DNA of 63,406 bases, the filler included, from Lenisia limosa (lineage: Eukaryota; Protista; Breviatea), in NCBI GenBank assembly GCA_001655205.1. It is 8 parts of 8 records of this genome, joined end to end, with 100 filler letters (N's around TTAATTAATTAA, not from the genome) between each part and the next. Parts side by side here need not be neighbours in the genome. Positions count along the whole stretch, not along the records: positions 1 to 11,796 come from LPNZ01010963.1; positions 11,897 to 20,089 come from LPNZ01006578.1; 6 more parts are not named here. One strand, given 5' to 3'. Below the pieces are notes generated by a model. The model was not told the origin of the DNA. It saw only the letters and a program-made list of their open reading frames with translations, and ran no database searches. Below are positions 1 through 12,151 of this stretch, piece after piece. Each line of letters opens with the position of its first letter. Position 1 is the stretch's first letter. The position numbers and the translations under genes are program-made.

Positions 1-1428
1 GGAGTGCCTCCTTCGTTGTTTGCGATGTTCAAATGGGCACCTGCGAGGTGAAGAAAGTCCCAAAACAACTGGATCAAAATAGTCCTCGAAAAATAATAAA
101 TTATTACCATCCTAACCTTTAGACACCAGCACAGCAACCACCCGATGATGGCCCCTCCTGGCTCCCCAGTGAAGGGGGGAGAAGCCATAAGCGTTCTGAC
201 TGTTGATGCGGCTGCCGTGTTTGACAAGGAAGCCTAGGGTAATAGGTTAAACATCCTCATGGGATATGATGATACTTAATCTTTACCTAAACTGGGGTGG
301 TATGCATATTATGCGAGACAAAAGGAAGTAAGTACTATTCGGTTCGCGCTATACTAAGAAGAATGATCATCAATAGTGGAAGGCTATGGATTTCCAAAAC
401 AGAAATGAAAAATAGTGATTCTGGATTACTCCGCGAAAGATTGATCAGCAAACCTGCAATTCTTTCATGGCCCTCACTGGCGGCTGAATGCAGAGGGGTG
501 GATCCCTTCTTGTTCTGAGCGTTGACGTTGGCACCTCGGGCAACAAGAAGCTGTGTGACCTGGGTTGTGACAAGCAACAGGGTAGCAGCCAAGACCGTAA
601 GCAGCGCGGAAGAATCGAAATAGATAGTTTCCTTACCTTCTCGTGACCCTTAAGGGTTGCACAATGAAGAGGGGTGACTCCGTAGTCATCTTGAGCTTCG
701 AGATCGGCGTTTCTCTTCACAAGAATCTTGGCAACTGGATAATGTCCCTAAAAAAGTTAAAAACAAATGGAAGGAAGCGAACTACTCACCTCCCTTGAAG
801 CCCAATGAAGAGGAGTGAGTCCATTTTCATCGGGAAGGTCGAGGAGAGCGTCATTATCAACAAGCTCCTTAGCTAAACGCTCGTGTCCTTTGTTAGCAGC
901 CCTGGAGATAAGCAATCACCAATGAAGAGTCAGAGAAATCATTATTGCCTTCCTCCGCCACTTACCAGTGTAGTGGAGTAAAACCATACTCGTCCTTTTG
1001 ATTGAGGTCGCATTTTTCACTGATGAGAAGAGAACAGACGGTATGATCCCCCTAAATAACCACATTAAAAAAACATACACATTATAGAAACAAGTTTAAG
1101 CCGAATAATTATGGATAGTAGCTATACCAAGAAAAACACGACATTCCCCGAAAAATAAGCGATATTCACTCACCTTGCTCGCAGCCCAATGAAGAGGGGT
1201 GAAGTTATGACCATCTTTTGCGTTTACATCAGCGTCAGCGTTCAGTAAAAGTTTCACTAATTCATCTTCACCTCGGCGACAGGCCCAATGAAGCGCCGTA
1301 AATCCTTCGCTATCTGAATGACGGCAAGTAGCCGCAGCTCCACCTTCAAGAAGAGACTTGACCTTTGCGATATCACCGTTTTTTGCGGCTTTTATCAATT
1401 GGTCGGCTGATTCTTTCCTATTTACCAT
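1..1428 (-). CDS. Ankyrin-repeat protein, multi-exon, runs off the window start (3' partial)
   Basis: Exons of about 1428-1174, 1051-966, 901-790, 747-637, 560-455, 233-125 and <48 splice via GT-AG into tandem ankyrin repeats: GFTALHWACRRGEDELVKLLL, GHNFTPLHWAASKGDH, YGFTPLHWAANKGHE, NGLTPLHWASREGHY, YGVTPLHCATLKGHE, KGSTPLHSAASEGHE, YGFSPLHWGARRGHH. Confidence 0.92.
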
Positions 1429-1707
1429 AGTGAACAAAGCAAATGTCCCTCTAGAACACGGCTCTTTAGTTAACAGGAGTTAGGCCAGCAATGTACATCG
1501 AATATAAAGTACTTTCTCTGACTAAATACAATAACGGGTGTCTAAACTTTTTATTTAAAGGATGAAAGGGTGAAAAAATGGAAAGAAAATTTGTAGACAA
1601 GTGTAATATACATCAATTACATTAGTGTAATATAGTTGGGTGAAAAAATTTCACACAGCCTCTTCTCTTACTATATTATAATAATGAGTAAGACATTAGC
1701 ATTTTCA
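1429..1707. promoter_or_regulatory. Short AT-rich intergenic region between divergent start codons; probable bidirectional promoter
   Basis: Only about 280 bp separate the ankyrin ATG (1428, minus) from the NSRP1 ATG (1708, plus). Confidence 0.45.
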
Positions 1708-4071
1708 ATGAAGGCAGCGCCTAAAAAGCAGTATGGGCTCATTATGGTTGGTGTCTAGGGCTCTTCCCAGTCTTCTCGCACCTTTAATCAAAGCTAACAA
1801 TGTAGCCAAAGAAGAAATTGGAGGCAGCAAAACCTGCTTTCAAGAGAGCGAACATTTTTGGAATGGGTGATCAAAGTGATGAGGAAGAGGACACAAGTGT
1901 TAACGCTGAATTACTCAGGCTGAAGGCTGTCCAAGGAAAGGTTTGATTATGGTATAGATGTTGGTAAAGTTCATGGATCTCTTTCATCTCTCAAACACCA
2001 GGCTGAAATGAATCGAAAGACTTTCGAGGCTCTTCAAGAAGACTCTTCCACCTTCGCCTATGATGACATTTTTGATGAAATTCAAGTGGGTAATTTGCTG
2101 TTTAACGCCAATACAATATTTAAATCCAGTTGCGTTGTTGGTGTGTTGTAACGTGGTGATAAAGGGGAGTAATTGTTATGACTTCTTAGATGGAGAAAGA
2201 GGCAGCATCGATGAACGTGGCCGGAGTAAAAAAGGTCTGCTGGGGATAAATACTGGTGAGGTATCTAATAATGAGAACTCAAATAAAAGAGCTTGTTTTC
2301 TTGCTTTTGCCATCGTTGTTAGCAGTTATTAGTATCATCCGCTTTGAATCGGATGTGGTCTCAAAATAGACAGTTTTGCTTGTTTTAACCATCATGGGAC
2401 ATTCAATGAAGTCAAAGTATCCAAAAGGGCTATATTTGTGCTCTCTCTCATATGATCGTTTCATTGCCTATCTTACTTAGTGGGGTGATATATTGCTGTA
2501 AAATCAGCCATGCTTGTTTAGGGGTTGGGGGGGGGGGGGGTCAACTCTTGTCTGTATGTCTTGAACATTCAGCCAATAGAGTAGATAGCATATTTCTTTA
2601 GCTCTGTTCCATCAGTAGAGCGAATATATTCAAAGATTCATACATACGCATCTCACCTGCTAGTCCAAGTACATTGGAGCCCTCTTGGAAAAGGCGAAGG
2701 AGCGCGAACTCTACGTGGCACGCGTCAATGAAAGAAATGTCAGCACCAAGATTCCCTCATTTGCCATTTAATTCTCTACTATTTCTCAATTCTCCCATTA
2801 GATCTTTCCAAATAGGCTATTTTCCCCAGATAATTACCCTTTTTTCATGAGTTCCTTTACCTCGTTTTCATAGCCCACAAAGGCATTACTTCCAGCATTG
2901 GTGACACCTTTTAGCTTCAAAAGGAGCGGGAGGCAGAGGGGGAGATGTACTCCGGAAAAGAGAAATTTGTCACATCCGCGTAGGCGCTGGTTTAATCATG
3001 GGGGACTGTGGCGCTGGTGCAAGGCCATCCGGGAGGGTAGGCAGATTTGAATACCTACTGCTGTTGTGGCGTAGTGTGAATTAAGAATCTTTTTGCAAGG
3101 TATTGTCCTTGATGAAAAAGAGTTATATTACGATTTGTTGTTATCCCTTCCCTTCTACATATCAAAAACTACAAAATTACACATGTTCAAGGCGCATTAT
3201 CCATGCGATATCTTAGATTAGGCTACCCTTTGGTTAAGAATTCTTATTTCACAATTTGTAGCGTAGTGGCCACTTTTATAGCCTTTCTTTTCACACTGTC
3301 CAGATATAAGAAGCATCTTCGTGAACTTGAGCTTTTCGAAGAAGTTCAATCAGCTAAGGAGAAGGAGGAAGCAGAGTGGGAGGGAGATTTTTTTCTGGTC
3401 TTTTTCTTCCGTAAGGAATACTTGCTTATAAAACCATGTCCAACCAAAACAACTCACGTTCTTTCAGGACCACAATTGCAAGTGGCGATATGTCTGGTTT
3501 CTACGCCAACTTTTTGGATAACAATGAGGCAATGGGTGGCGGTGGTGGCGAAGCTGGCGCGCAGAAGCGCCGCGTTTACGCCTCAGAGCGCGTGGAGTTG
3601 AAGAGGCAGGAGAAGGAAAGGGCTCGGATCAAGGAGATTAAGGAACGTGAAGAACATGAAAAGAAGAAGGCGGAGGAGCTACGGAAGGAAATGGAGGAGG
3701 CTGAGGCTAAGCGAAAGGCTGAGGAGGAGGAAGCGGCAAAAGACCCAACTGTCAGAAGAGGCCGAGCTGGTCTTTATATGGATACGTGGGGGGGGGGGGG
3801 CTTTTTGGNNNNNNNNNNNNNNNNNNNNNNNNNNNNNNNNNNNNNNNNNNNNNNNNNNNNNNNNNNNNNNNNNNNNNNNNNNNNNNNNNNNNNNAAATTT
3901 GATTAGCTTTGACCTAGTAGAAAGGGGCGCCGTGATGTTGTCACGCATTTGCTTGCACGCCCGGAGCAATTCCAAAGCAAGCTGACTGAGGAGACGAAGC
4001 TCTCGGCAAAGGAGCGCTATTTGGCCAGAAAAGCCGAGGCAGAAGAGAGCAGGAAGAAAAGAAGAACCTAG
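1708..4071 (+). CDS. NSRP1: Nuclear speckle splicing regulatory protein 1 homologue (CCDC55/DUF2040), multi-exon, one N gap
   Basis: Spliced peptide contains KQYGLIM, ALQEDSSTFAYDDIFDEI, SKYIGALLEKAKERE, NERNLQKEREAEGEMYSGKEKFVTSAYKKHL, DMSGFYANFL and C-terminal AKERYLARK before TAG at 4069-4071. These match known DUF2040 motifs in order. Confidence 0.88.
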
Positions 4072-4555
4072 ATTGTTTGTGGATTTTGTTGTACTTTTGA
4101 TTGTAAGGTCTGATTTCAAGCCCATTTAATGTATTTGTAGCCGCCAATTTCAGTGATACCTCATTTACTTATTGTCTTCTATTAATCAGAGTATTTTTAT
4201 CCCTCATATTCTCGCTCTTAGGAGGAGTCTCGAGCTGTGAGCCAAATTTCCCCTTGATCAAAGAACCCAAGAAATCCAACAAATAAACAAGCAAACAAAC
4301 ACTCCACACGAAAAGAAACAAATCAACCACTTTAAAGGAAACATTTAAAACTCAAACAAAGGAAAACAAGAAAGGAAAGACGCCAGGATGGTGGCGAAGG
4401 TATCCACCAGAATGACATAGAAGATGATGGCAGTGACTGCCACTCCGAGCTATCTGTGCGGTGTAAGCAAATGATCTAACAATGAAGGCACAGGATACTA
4501 TTTACAGGAGTTTTCACTCTCAATGTAGTTTTCTCGACCAATAATCAATACTGCT

Positions 4556-5539
4556 TTGGAACACTTCGGCCTCCCGCCTTCATTCAAATACGTTCAAAAT
4601 CTCTTATCTTCGGCAAAAGGATTGTGGGAAACCAAGTGGTGTGAAAATGGTCTTTCAATAACTCAATGGCATGACTCCAAAATTGTGTTTTTTATTTCAA
4701 ATTGCCACCCCTCAGTAGGTACAGCTGTTGAAAGAGGTGCAAAGGGTAAGTCAGACAAAGATATCCGTGAATGTCCGATTGTCGCACCGAAGTACAATGT
4801 CTACATGAATAAAGTCGATATTTTCGATCAGTTGAGATCTGCTCTAACGGTTCATGCAAGAGTAATCAAATGGACAATTGATTCCGCCATGGTAAATGCC
4901 TGGATTCTTTTCAGGGAAATGGGAGGAACAATTACAAGACGAATTGATTTTCATTCTTTTGTCATGTATGGATTANNNNNNNNNNNNNNNNNNNNNNNNN
5001 NNNNNNNNNNNNNNNNNNNNNNNNNNNNNNNNNNNNNNNNNNNNNNNNNNNNNNNNNNNNNNNNNNNNNNNNNNNNNNNNNNNNNNNNNNNNNNNNNNNN
5101 NNNNNNNNNNNNNNNNNNNNNNNNNNNNNNNNNNNNNNNNNNNNNNNNNNNNNNNNNNNNNNNNNNNNNNNNNNNNNNNNNNNNNNNNNNNNNNNNNNNN
5201 NNNNNNNNNNNNNNNNNNNNNNNNNNNNNNNNNGTAACTTGGGCACATGGAAGAAGTCACTGTCACTCCAGCCAGCGTGGGTGGCCTGGAAGATGGAACA
5301 AGTGTCATTTTGGTGACGATAGACGTATTTTTCATATTGTGGAAGTAGCAATACTGTCGCGATACCCAATTTCAAAGTGATAATAAGAAAGCAATGCCCT
5401 CCCACCTTTCGTGCAAGAAGGCCAAGAAGAGGAAACCCATCCAGACAGCAGCGAGATGACGAGGCTGATTCTAAGGAAAAAAGGTCGAGGTCCGTTCGTC
5501 CGATTCAATAAAGAAAATGGCTGCAAACTGCGGGGTTAA
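4556..5539 (+). mobile_element. Degenerate piggyBac-type transposon: transposase C-terminal fragment and probable right end
   Basis: QWHDSKIVFFISNCH...ECPIVAPKYNVYMNKVDIFDQL...KW(deletion)IDSAMVNAWILF matches the piggyBac DDD core (WxDxKxV, CPxxVxxYNxxMxGVDxxDQ, D.AxVNAxILY). GCGGGG-TTAA at 5530-5539 resembles a piggyBac end with a TTAA target. Confidence 0.75.
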
Positions 5540-5660
5540 TAGGGACTAGCAAGATGGGGGAGGGGGTAAATTGAATAAGACAGTATCACGTGTTTTGCGC
5601 TGAACTGCAATTAAGCTTTTGAGGAGTGCCTCTCTGTCCAAGTCCACCAATTTCGACTTT

Positions 5661-8600
5661 TCAGAAAAAAGCAAGCCCACCAACCATGTGGACCAACAGC
5701 ACGATTGTCAGAAGCATAATCTTGTTGACGAGGCCGAATGAAAGCTCGGGCAGGGTATTGAAGAGACAAAGAAGAACGTGACAATAACGGAGTCTTGCAA
5801 CGGTAACGGTGGATTGTGGACGAAAAGTGGTAGCATTGACTGTGTGTGATTTTATCCAACAATAACTCAGAATAGTTTATCACGTAGTTTACACCGAAAC
5901 ATCAGATTAGTTTTCAATATCATACGCTGTTTCGCATACACTCTCCAAACACTCACCTGAAAGCAACGTGTCTGCAAGAGCAAAGGGTGACGTCAGCTCA
6001 CCAACTAGCTCCTCCAGTTTACTGCATTGTTATTACCCATTAAAGGGACAGACGAGGTATTCTTCATTTGAGATTATCTACATTTCACAATGGTGATATT
6101 ATGTATATAGGCAACAGCGACGCACCCTTCCTCCTTTGTAGGGGACGCGATGGGGGCAGAAGAGTTCTCGACAGTGACATTGGGACTATCAGGCTCCTCA
6201 GGGTCGCGATACTGGGGTGTCAGGAGGGGGTATCGAACAAATTGCCAGATAAGCAGCTCATGTCAAGAACAAAGTGGTCATGTGATGATTCAATGGCTTG
6301 ATACCCCCAATACAGGCGTTAACAAGATACCCCCAATACAGGCGTTGTAGGACTCTGTTCTTCTTCGTCCTCAATGATGTCGACAGTCTGCGGGATGAGC
6401 ATCAAAGTGACACCTGTCATATTCAAGTTTTGCTCTCGTGTGTTAAAAAAAAACCCTTTTACTGAGAGTCACAACCCAGACTACTTGATAGAAGACAAAG
6501 CCATTGGGAAACATATCAACAAAAATAGTAACCAGTATTATCAGACAGTCTTCAAAGTCCCTCCCACGTCATTTTCGCCGTCATCCTGCACCGAGGGTTC
6601 AGCAGCCACTGTCTGGAGCTTTGGAGACTTTTTCGTGAGAAAAGGGAGGAAAGGCCTTCGATACGGTCCAGGAACTGCGAAAAGCATTCAAACATTCATT
6701 TGAAAAAGTATTCTTAGTTTTTAATATTTCACAGTAAAACGGATAAACTGAAAGTCTAGTTCGAGTAAATGGAAAGGTTGAAACAGTTTTAACAACTACG
6801 AATACACCTCTAATAAGAATAGTACCTACTTTCAGAAGAGCGCACGACTACTGGCCACCATCCCTTCGGCTGAGAGGACCTGGCCAAGGCCATTCGAACG
6901 GCTGTGACAATGTCACTGATCTGACTGATGTTCTTGGTGTCGAACTGATGGTGTAAATTGCGTGGAATGGATCAAATGATACTACACACCTATTTTAATA
7001 AAATCTACATTGAATACACATATATGTATTGAAAGATTATCGATTACCACTGCTGCTCTTGAATTCAAAATAGCCTCTTTTTCAACTTGTAATACATTGT
7101 GCAGAGTTTTCAGGGTTATTGCGTGACCAAACTCATTAAAATACACGGTATCCATAAATTTTTCAATGTCAAAATCATGGAAGTCAATTTCGTTTAAATC
7201 GGCAGGTAAAAGGTGAACATTTTGTACAACAACCTATACAAACAATAAATTTTAACAGACGAACCAGGAGTCGAACCCCAGTGATCAAAGAAGCAACGCA
7301 GGTAATAGACCAATTCCACCACTTCCGACTTTGAATACGCTTGAAAGAGAAATCTCAGCGAGATCCAGTGTGCATAAAAGAGAAAAGTTCAGTTCAGTGA
7401 ATTTATTGAAATTTTTGTCCTCAGATAATTTTTCTACTGGCTACAAAACGACCTTTGATTGATAAAAATTGACAATTTTAGAGAGATATCGCTGTTTTAA
7501 GTGGAAAATAATAAAAAAAAGAGGCAGAATAGTATCCACATACCAAGCACCTTTGACAGTCACTCTTAGGGTCCAATTTGGTGTTCAAACAAGTCTCACA
7601 GTCATTGGAACTGTCTAAAAGCTGGTTGTAACACTCCGTGCAGTCGGAGTAGAGCGTCTTCTTGGCGACCGAGCAGGTGGAGCAAGAGAAACAGGACTAT
7701 AGTTCTCATTAAGGCGGAGTGCAATTGGAGGCGGTACTAAGAACGGGGCTACTACAAAGGGAGCATTCTGAGGCGGCAGACATGGACGCGACGTCGCAGA
7801 GAACACAGCCCGACTCAGCAACCTTCAGGGGGTTGATACACTCCAAACAGCTGGTTGCAGGGTCGAGGGGGTTGACACATTGCTAGCAGTCGGATACCAC
7901 GCTGAAAAGACTGTTGACACAGGTTTGGCAGTCCGAGGCGTTGAAACCGTCAAGAACTCATTGTGTGCAGTTGAAATCTGAGGAATACAGAGAGCTTTCA
8001 CAGACGCTGCAGTCACTGGCGACACTGAGAAGCGCATTGTTGCACTCTATACAAAGGGACTCGACAGAGGGGGTTGATGCAAGATGAGCTATTTGTATAA
8101 AACATATTAGCGCATACTTGGCAATTCGACTCAACACTAAAATCTGTATTCAAACACGATGTGCAGTTGTTAAGAGGGTCAAGGTTTGGCGTTTTGACAG
8201 GTGGTACAGGCTGAGGAAATGCTTTAGAGAGGATAAAGGCAAAGAAGGCATCCCGACGACGGACTGAAGTTGGTGTGTCTCAACAAGTGGCACACTCATT
8301 ATCCTGATCAAACAGAGTCACTGCATTCGGTACAGTTGGATTCCTCTGTTTTGAAGGGGTTTACGCAGATAGTGCAGTCGGAGTCAGTGGAGTATGCAGG
8401 GTTCAAACAGAGGCCCTGACTAGGGTCGAAGCCAACAGCCTTGCAGGTTGTGCAGTTGGTTGACAAGTCAAGATAGGTGAACACACACTCGGTACAGGCC
8501 GACTCGACCGTAAGGGCCTGACATAGCGTGCAGTTTGACTCGGCGCTCAAGTACGTGGCTTTGTATTCGGAGCAGTTGGAGGCGACGGAGAGCCTTGGGC

Positions 8601-8900
8601 ATGAATGTCATAAGAGGGTGGAAAGGAGTGGGTCTGACTGACAGAAACGGCGAAGGCCGTAAGGTGGTTGCTGGGGTATTAATACAAGGTTGTATGTACT
8701 TTGGTCAAAAAAGAAATAGGGATGATTTATTGGGAATAGACAACCTGTGGAACTGATGATTATTATGGAGGTCTTTAAGAGGCCTGTTATTCGGCAATCA
8801 GGGTGTCAACGTACCTGGTCATCGGTAAATGTGTTAACAACACATCCTTCGGAGGACCACTCCAGTGACTCCGTGTTCCAAAATGCATAAGTCCCTCTAA
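5661..8900 (-). pseudogene. Cysteine-rich (CXXC repeat) surface/membrane protein gene with many frameshifts and stops; downstream non-repetitive exons end in a hydrophobic C-terminus
   Basis: 7550-8580 encodes about 16-aa repeats (SNCTLC, SACTEC, TNCTTC, SDCTIC, NNCTSC, SDCQTC, SECSLC, NDCETC) broken by about 9 frameshifts or stops. About nine GT-AG exons at 7440-5661 follow and end ...LVNKIMLLTIVLLVHMVGGLAFF*. Confidence 0.7.
7258..7329 (-). tRNA. tRNA-like (pseudo-tRNA or tRNA-derived SINE head) sequence inside an intron
   Basis: Minus strand GTCGGAAGTGGTGGAATTGGTCTATTACC...GGGTTCGACTCC has A-box and B-box motifs and a pairing D-stem (GGTG/TACC). The anticodon and acceptor stems pair poorly. 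Confidence 0.4.
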
Positions 8901-10509
8901 ATTTCGTGAGAATCACCGAATTATATTTTCAGCTTCCCTTCGATTGATATTGGTTGGATGCATGAAGTTGAGATGGCCGGTAGCGAGTGAGGGGGGGGGG
9001 GGGCTAANNNNNNNNNNNNNNNNNNNNNNNNNNNNNNNNNNNNNNNNNNNNNNNNNNNNNNNNNNNNNNNNNNNNNNNNNNNNNNNNNNNNNNNNNNNNN
9101 NNNNNNNNTATAAGACCCGCTGCTTACTGAAAAGTTAATGAGAACCAGAAAAAAAGAATCGGGAGTGTGATGATATCCTTCAATAAATGACCATCAAACT
9201 AACTGGTCGAATCAGCAATGCGAATCAAATAAGGATAAGGTGGGGAAATACAGCAAGTCAAAATGATTCGTCATCCCACATACAGTCAGTCAGCCCAGCC
9301 TTCGTCACAGCTGCCTCCACCACATTCACTCGGCTGCCAAGTCCCTGAATCGCAACTGAATCGTGACCACTACCTCCTGTGTAGGTGCTGTATTCTGAGT
9401 TGGCACCGCTCTTCCAGTATCTCCAATAGCGGGATGACACCACCAGCGGTCAACACTCAGCCACGTCATCAGACATGTAATCTAAGTTTTGGGGTTAGTA
9501 GAAGAGACGTGCTATTGTAGTATTTTAGCAGAACAAGCACAGAACAGGTCCAACGATCGAAAGTTAACAGCATGCCAAAAACAATGGAGACTTCATTGTG
9601 CCGTATAGTCCATTTAATTTGTGCGCTTTTTATTATAATACCTATATTGTCATATATCAGGCTAAATAGATAAAGTAGTCCTTTATCAACCTAAAAGTGC
9701 GGAACAAGTGAATATCAGTAATCAATAGCATCGTAATAAATATACTAAATTTATATTTCCTCCAATAAACTCTCCTATGGCCCTCCGATGAATTCCCGCC
9801 AAGCCAATGGCATTTATCATTTAAATAATGACTTTAGTGCACAAACTTGAATACAATACTGTACAATTCTCCACATACAATAAGTAATTCAATCTGGGAG
9901 AAGCCCAGAAGCCCAGGTGTCAGAAATGTCTTCTTCATCCTCCTCCTGCAAATATTCAAATATTATTCTGCTATTCTGCATAATTTACATAGTAATGAAT
10001 ATAATACTATCATATTATATATCTTTACATATAGCTATATCATCCCTCTGTTTTGGTTTTGGCTTCCACCCAACTTCCATCCCTGTTTTCATTCTGCTTT
10101 CAGCTTCTTCTATTTTTTTTTTCTCATTAATATCTTATTTATTATGTATATTATTTTATTTCATGTATTTTCTTCTATTATATATTTTCTTCTATTATGT
10201 ATTATTAGGAATCTGTATACTAATTGGAAAATAATTTGTATGAAGTGGGTGGACCTCTTTCTATTTCATATTAAAAAAATATTGTTTTCCAATTGTTTTC
10301 ATCAACAAGTCATCTCTATCTCTTATCAACCCACTTCAATATAATATTAAAATGTTTGGTCAAAAGAAACTGAAAAAAAAGTGAATAGTGAAATTTCTAA
10401 CAGAGCTCACCACAATATCTCGGATTCTCGGATACAAACAAGAAACACATTGGTACACACATACATATCAGATACATATATAATATAAACATTGACATAG
10501 TCATTGAGA

Positions 10510-11250
10510 CTTGGCCTAAACAATAGCCACAAGGCCCTCGCCAGTGTCGGTGATGAAAATGGGGAGGTGGGGTACATTCAAGGCCAGCTCCACCTTTTTG
10601 TTCAGTCATATTTGGGCTCTAATTCAGGAACGAAATGACCAAAATTGTTTCAACAAAGATATCGAATAAGACTGGTAAACCTACATTGCTTGTACTTGTG
10701 TGCTTTTTTACTTTTTTTGGAGTTTCAGATTATTGTTCGTGATTAGTACCTATACGCCAGTATTCTTCATCGAAATTTCCTTCGTTTTACTCCCCCCCCC
10801 CCCCNNNNNNNNNNNNNNNNNNNNNNNNNNNNNNNNNNNNNNNNNNNNNNNNNNNNNNNNNNNNNNNNNNNNNNNNNCTCGAAGCCAGACCAAATACCTT
10901 GGTGCTGCTACATTCTAGAGTGATTATTTTGCCTTCTAAAGTACTCCAGTCAAACCTCCGTAGAAATAGGTCGTTAAAATCCCAGGCATGAGTTTGGTCA
11001 CCTTTTTGCCTGAATCACAGCCTGCATTTACTTGTGTTGTGATGTCACTCTGCAAGGAGTAAGACGAAAAAAATAAATATTTACACTTTCATGAATCATC
11101 ATTGCCATTTTGGGGGATCATTTTAATTTTTTTTTGGAAAATTATACTTTTTTCAAAAGTCCCACCGGAGCTTCCGAGACAGTTGGGCTTCCAGGGATTC
11201 TTCCGGCAACCGCAGAACACATCAGGACAGAACCAGATGCTATATAGTCA
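10510..11250 (+). CDS. Hypothetical protein, 3' exons of an unidentified gene
   Basis: Candidate GT-AG exons at about 10530-10570, 10628-10674, 10985-11058 and 11161-11250 give GMSLVTFLPESQPAFTCVVMSLCK-DPTGASETVGLPGILPATAEHIRTEPDAI*. No family recognised. Confidence 0.3.
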
Positions 11251-12151
11251 AAAATGACTGTGTTTCCAACAAAATCACAAAAGCTCCAGCGGTTATTTGT
11301 CAACAATAATGCAAAAAAAAAAACCATCAGAGAAATGCCATCTTACTTGTAATAAATGTGCAAGAGNNNNNNNNNNNNNNNNNNNNNNNNNNNNNNNNNN
11401 NNNNNNNNNNNNNNNNNNNNNNNNNNNNNNNNNNNNNNAAACCTAAAGTGGTGTTAAGCACCAAAACTGACGATACGATGCTCCAAAAGAGTCAACCCAA
11501 ACCTCAGTTAAAGTCCCTGTGGAAGAACTTCTGCATGCACTCGCCATATAGACTGTGTTCCTTGAAAAGAAAACTCCCTGATCTGAAACGTTAACAACAA
11601 TACTGTTGAAAATGAATTAATAAATTATGAATTAATTTCGAATTAATTTCTTTTAAAAAATCAATAATTCTAATGAAAAAAAAATTAATTCAGAAAATTA
11701 ATTAAACCGAATTCTAAATAAAACAAGGTTGTATAATATACATATCACACCGTCCATATATCTGTGAATTTTCCTCTATCTGTGAAAACAAGCCAANNNN
11801 NNNNNNNNNNNNNNNNNNNNNNNNNNNNNNNNNNNNNNNNTTAATTAATTAANNNNNNNNNNNNNNNNNNNNNNNNNNNNNNNNNNNNNNNNNNNNGGTA
11901 AGCTAGAGGAGGAGGGAATAATATGTCCTTATTCATGAAAACAATTCTCTATCATGGAGGTACGCCAATCCAAAAATAGAGAGACTAGCGATTTAAAGAG
12001 AGATACGCTATCACTAATTCGAGGGCCTATCGGGCAGTTTGTTCTGTTTTAAACCGATGAAACCCAAGAATCAACAATATGAAAAACAATGAGTGTTTTT
12101 TTACTATGGGATTGCCATCCCCTTACGTCCCTCAAAGACCCAAGCACCAAC

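Noticed and set aside
4896-5405. ORF-track entries dominated by X (also 12093-12539, 50407-51006, 51940-52261, 60232-60924)
   Set aside because: Open only because they cross N gaps.
7880-8290. UGA read as Cys or Sec in the CXXC array (a TGA sits at an expected Cys, NCTQ*V)
   Set aside because: The same array also has a TAG, a TAA and many frameshifts, and other genes use TGC/TGT for Cys. Decay explains it more simply.
10985-11020. HEFGHLF(G)LNH metzincin zinc motif
   Set aside because: It needs a frameshift to complete, and another frame is open and splices cleanly to the next exon.
11142-11327. Short-chain dehydrogenase-like GSVLMCSAVAGRIP on the minus strand
   Set aside because: No other SDR motifs nearby, and splice signals favour the plus strand.
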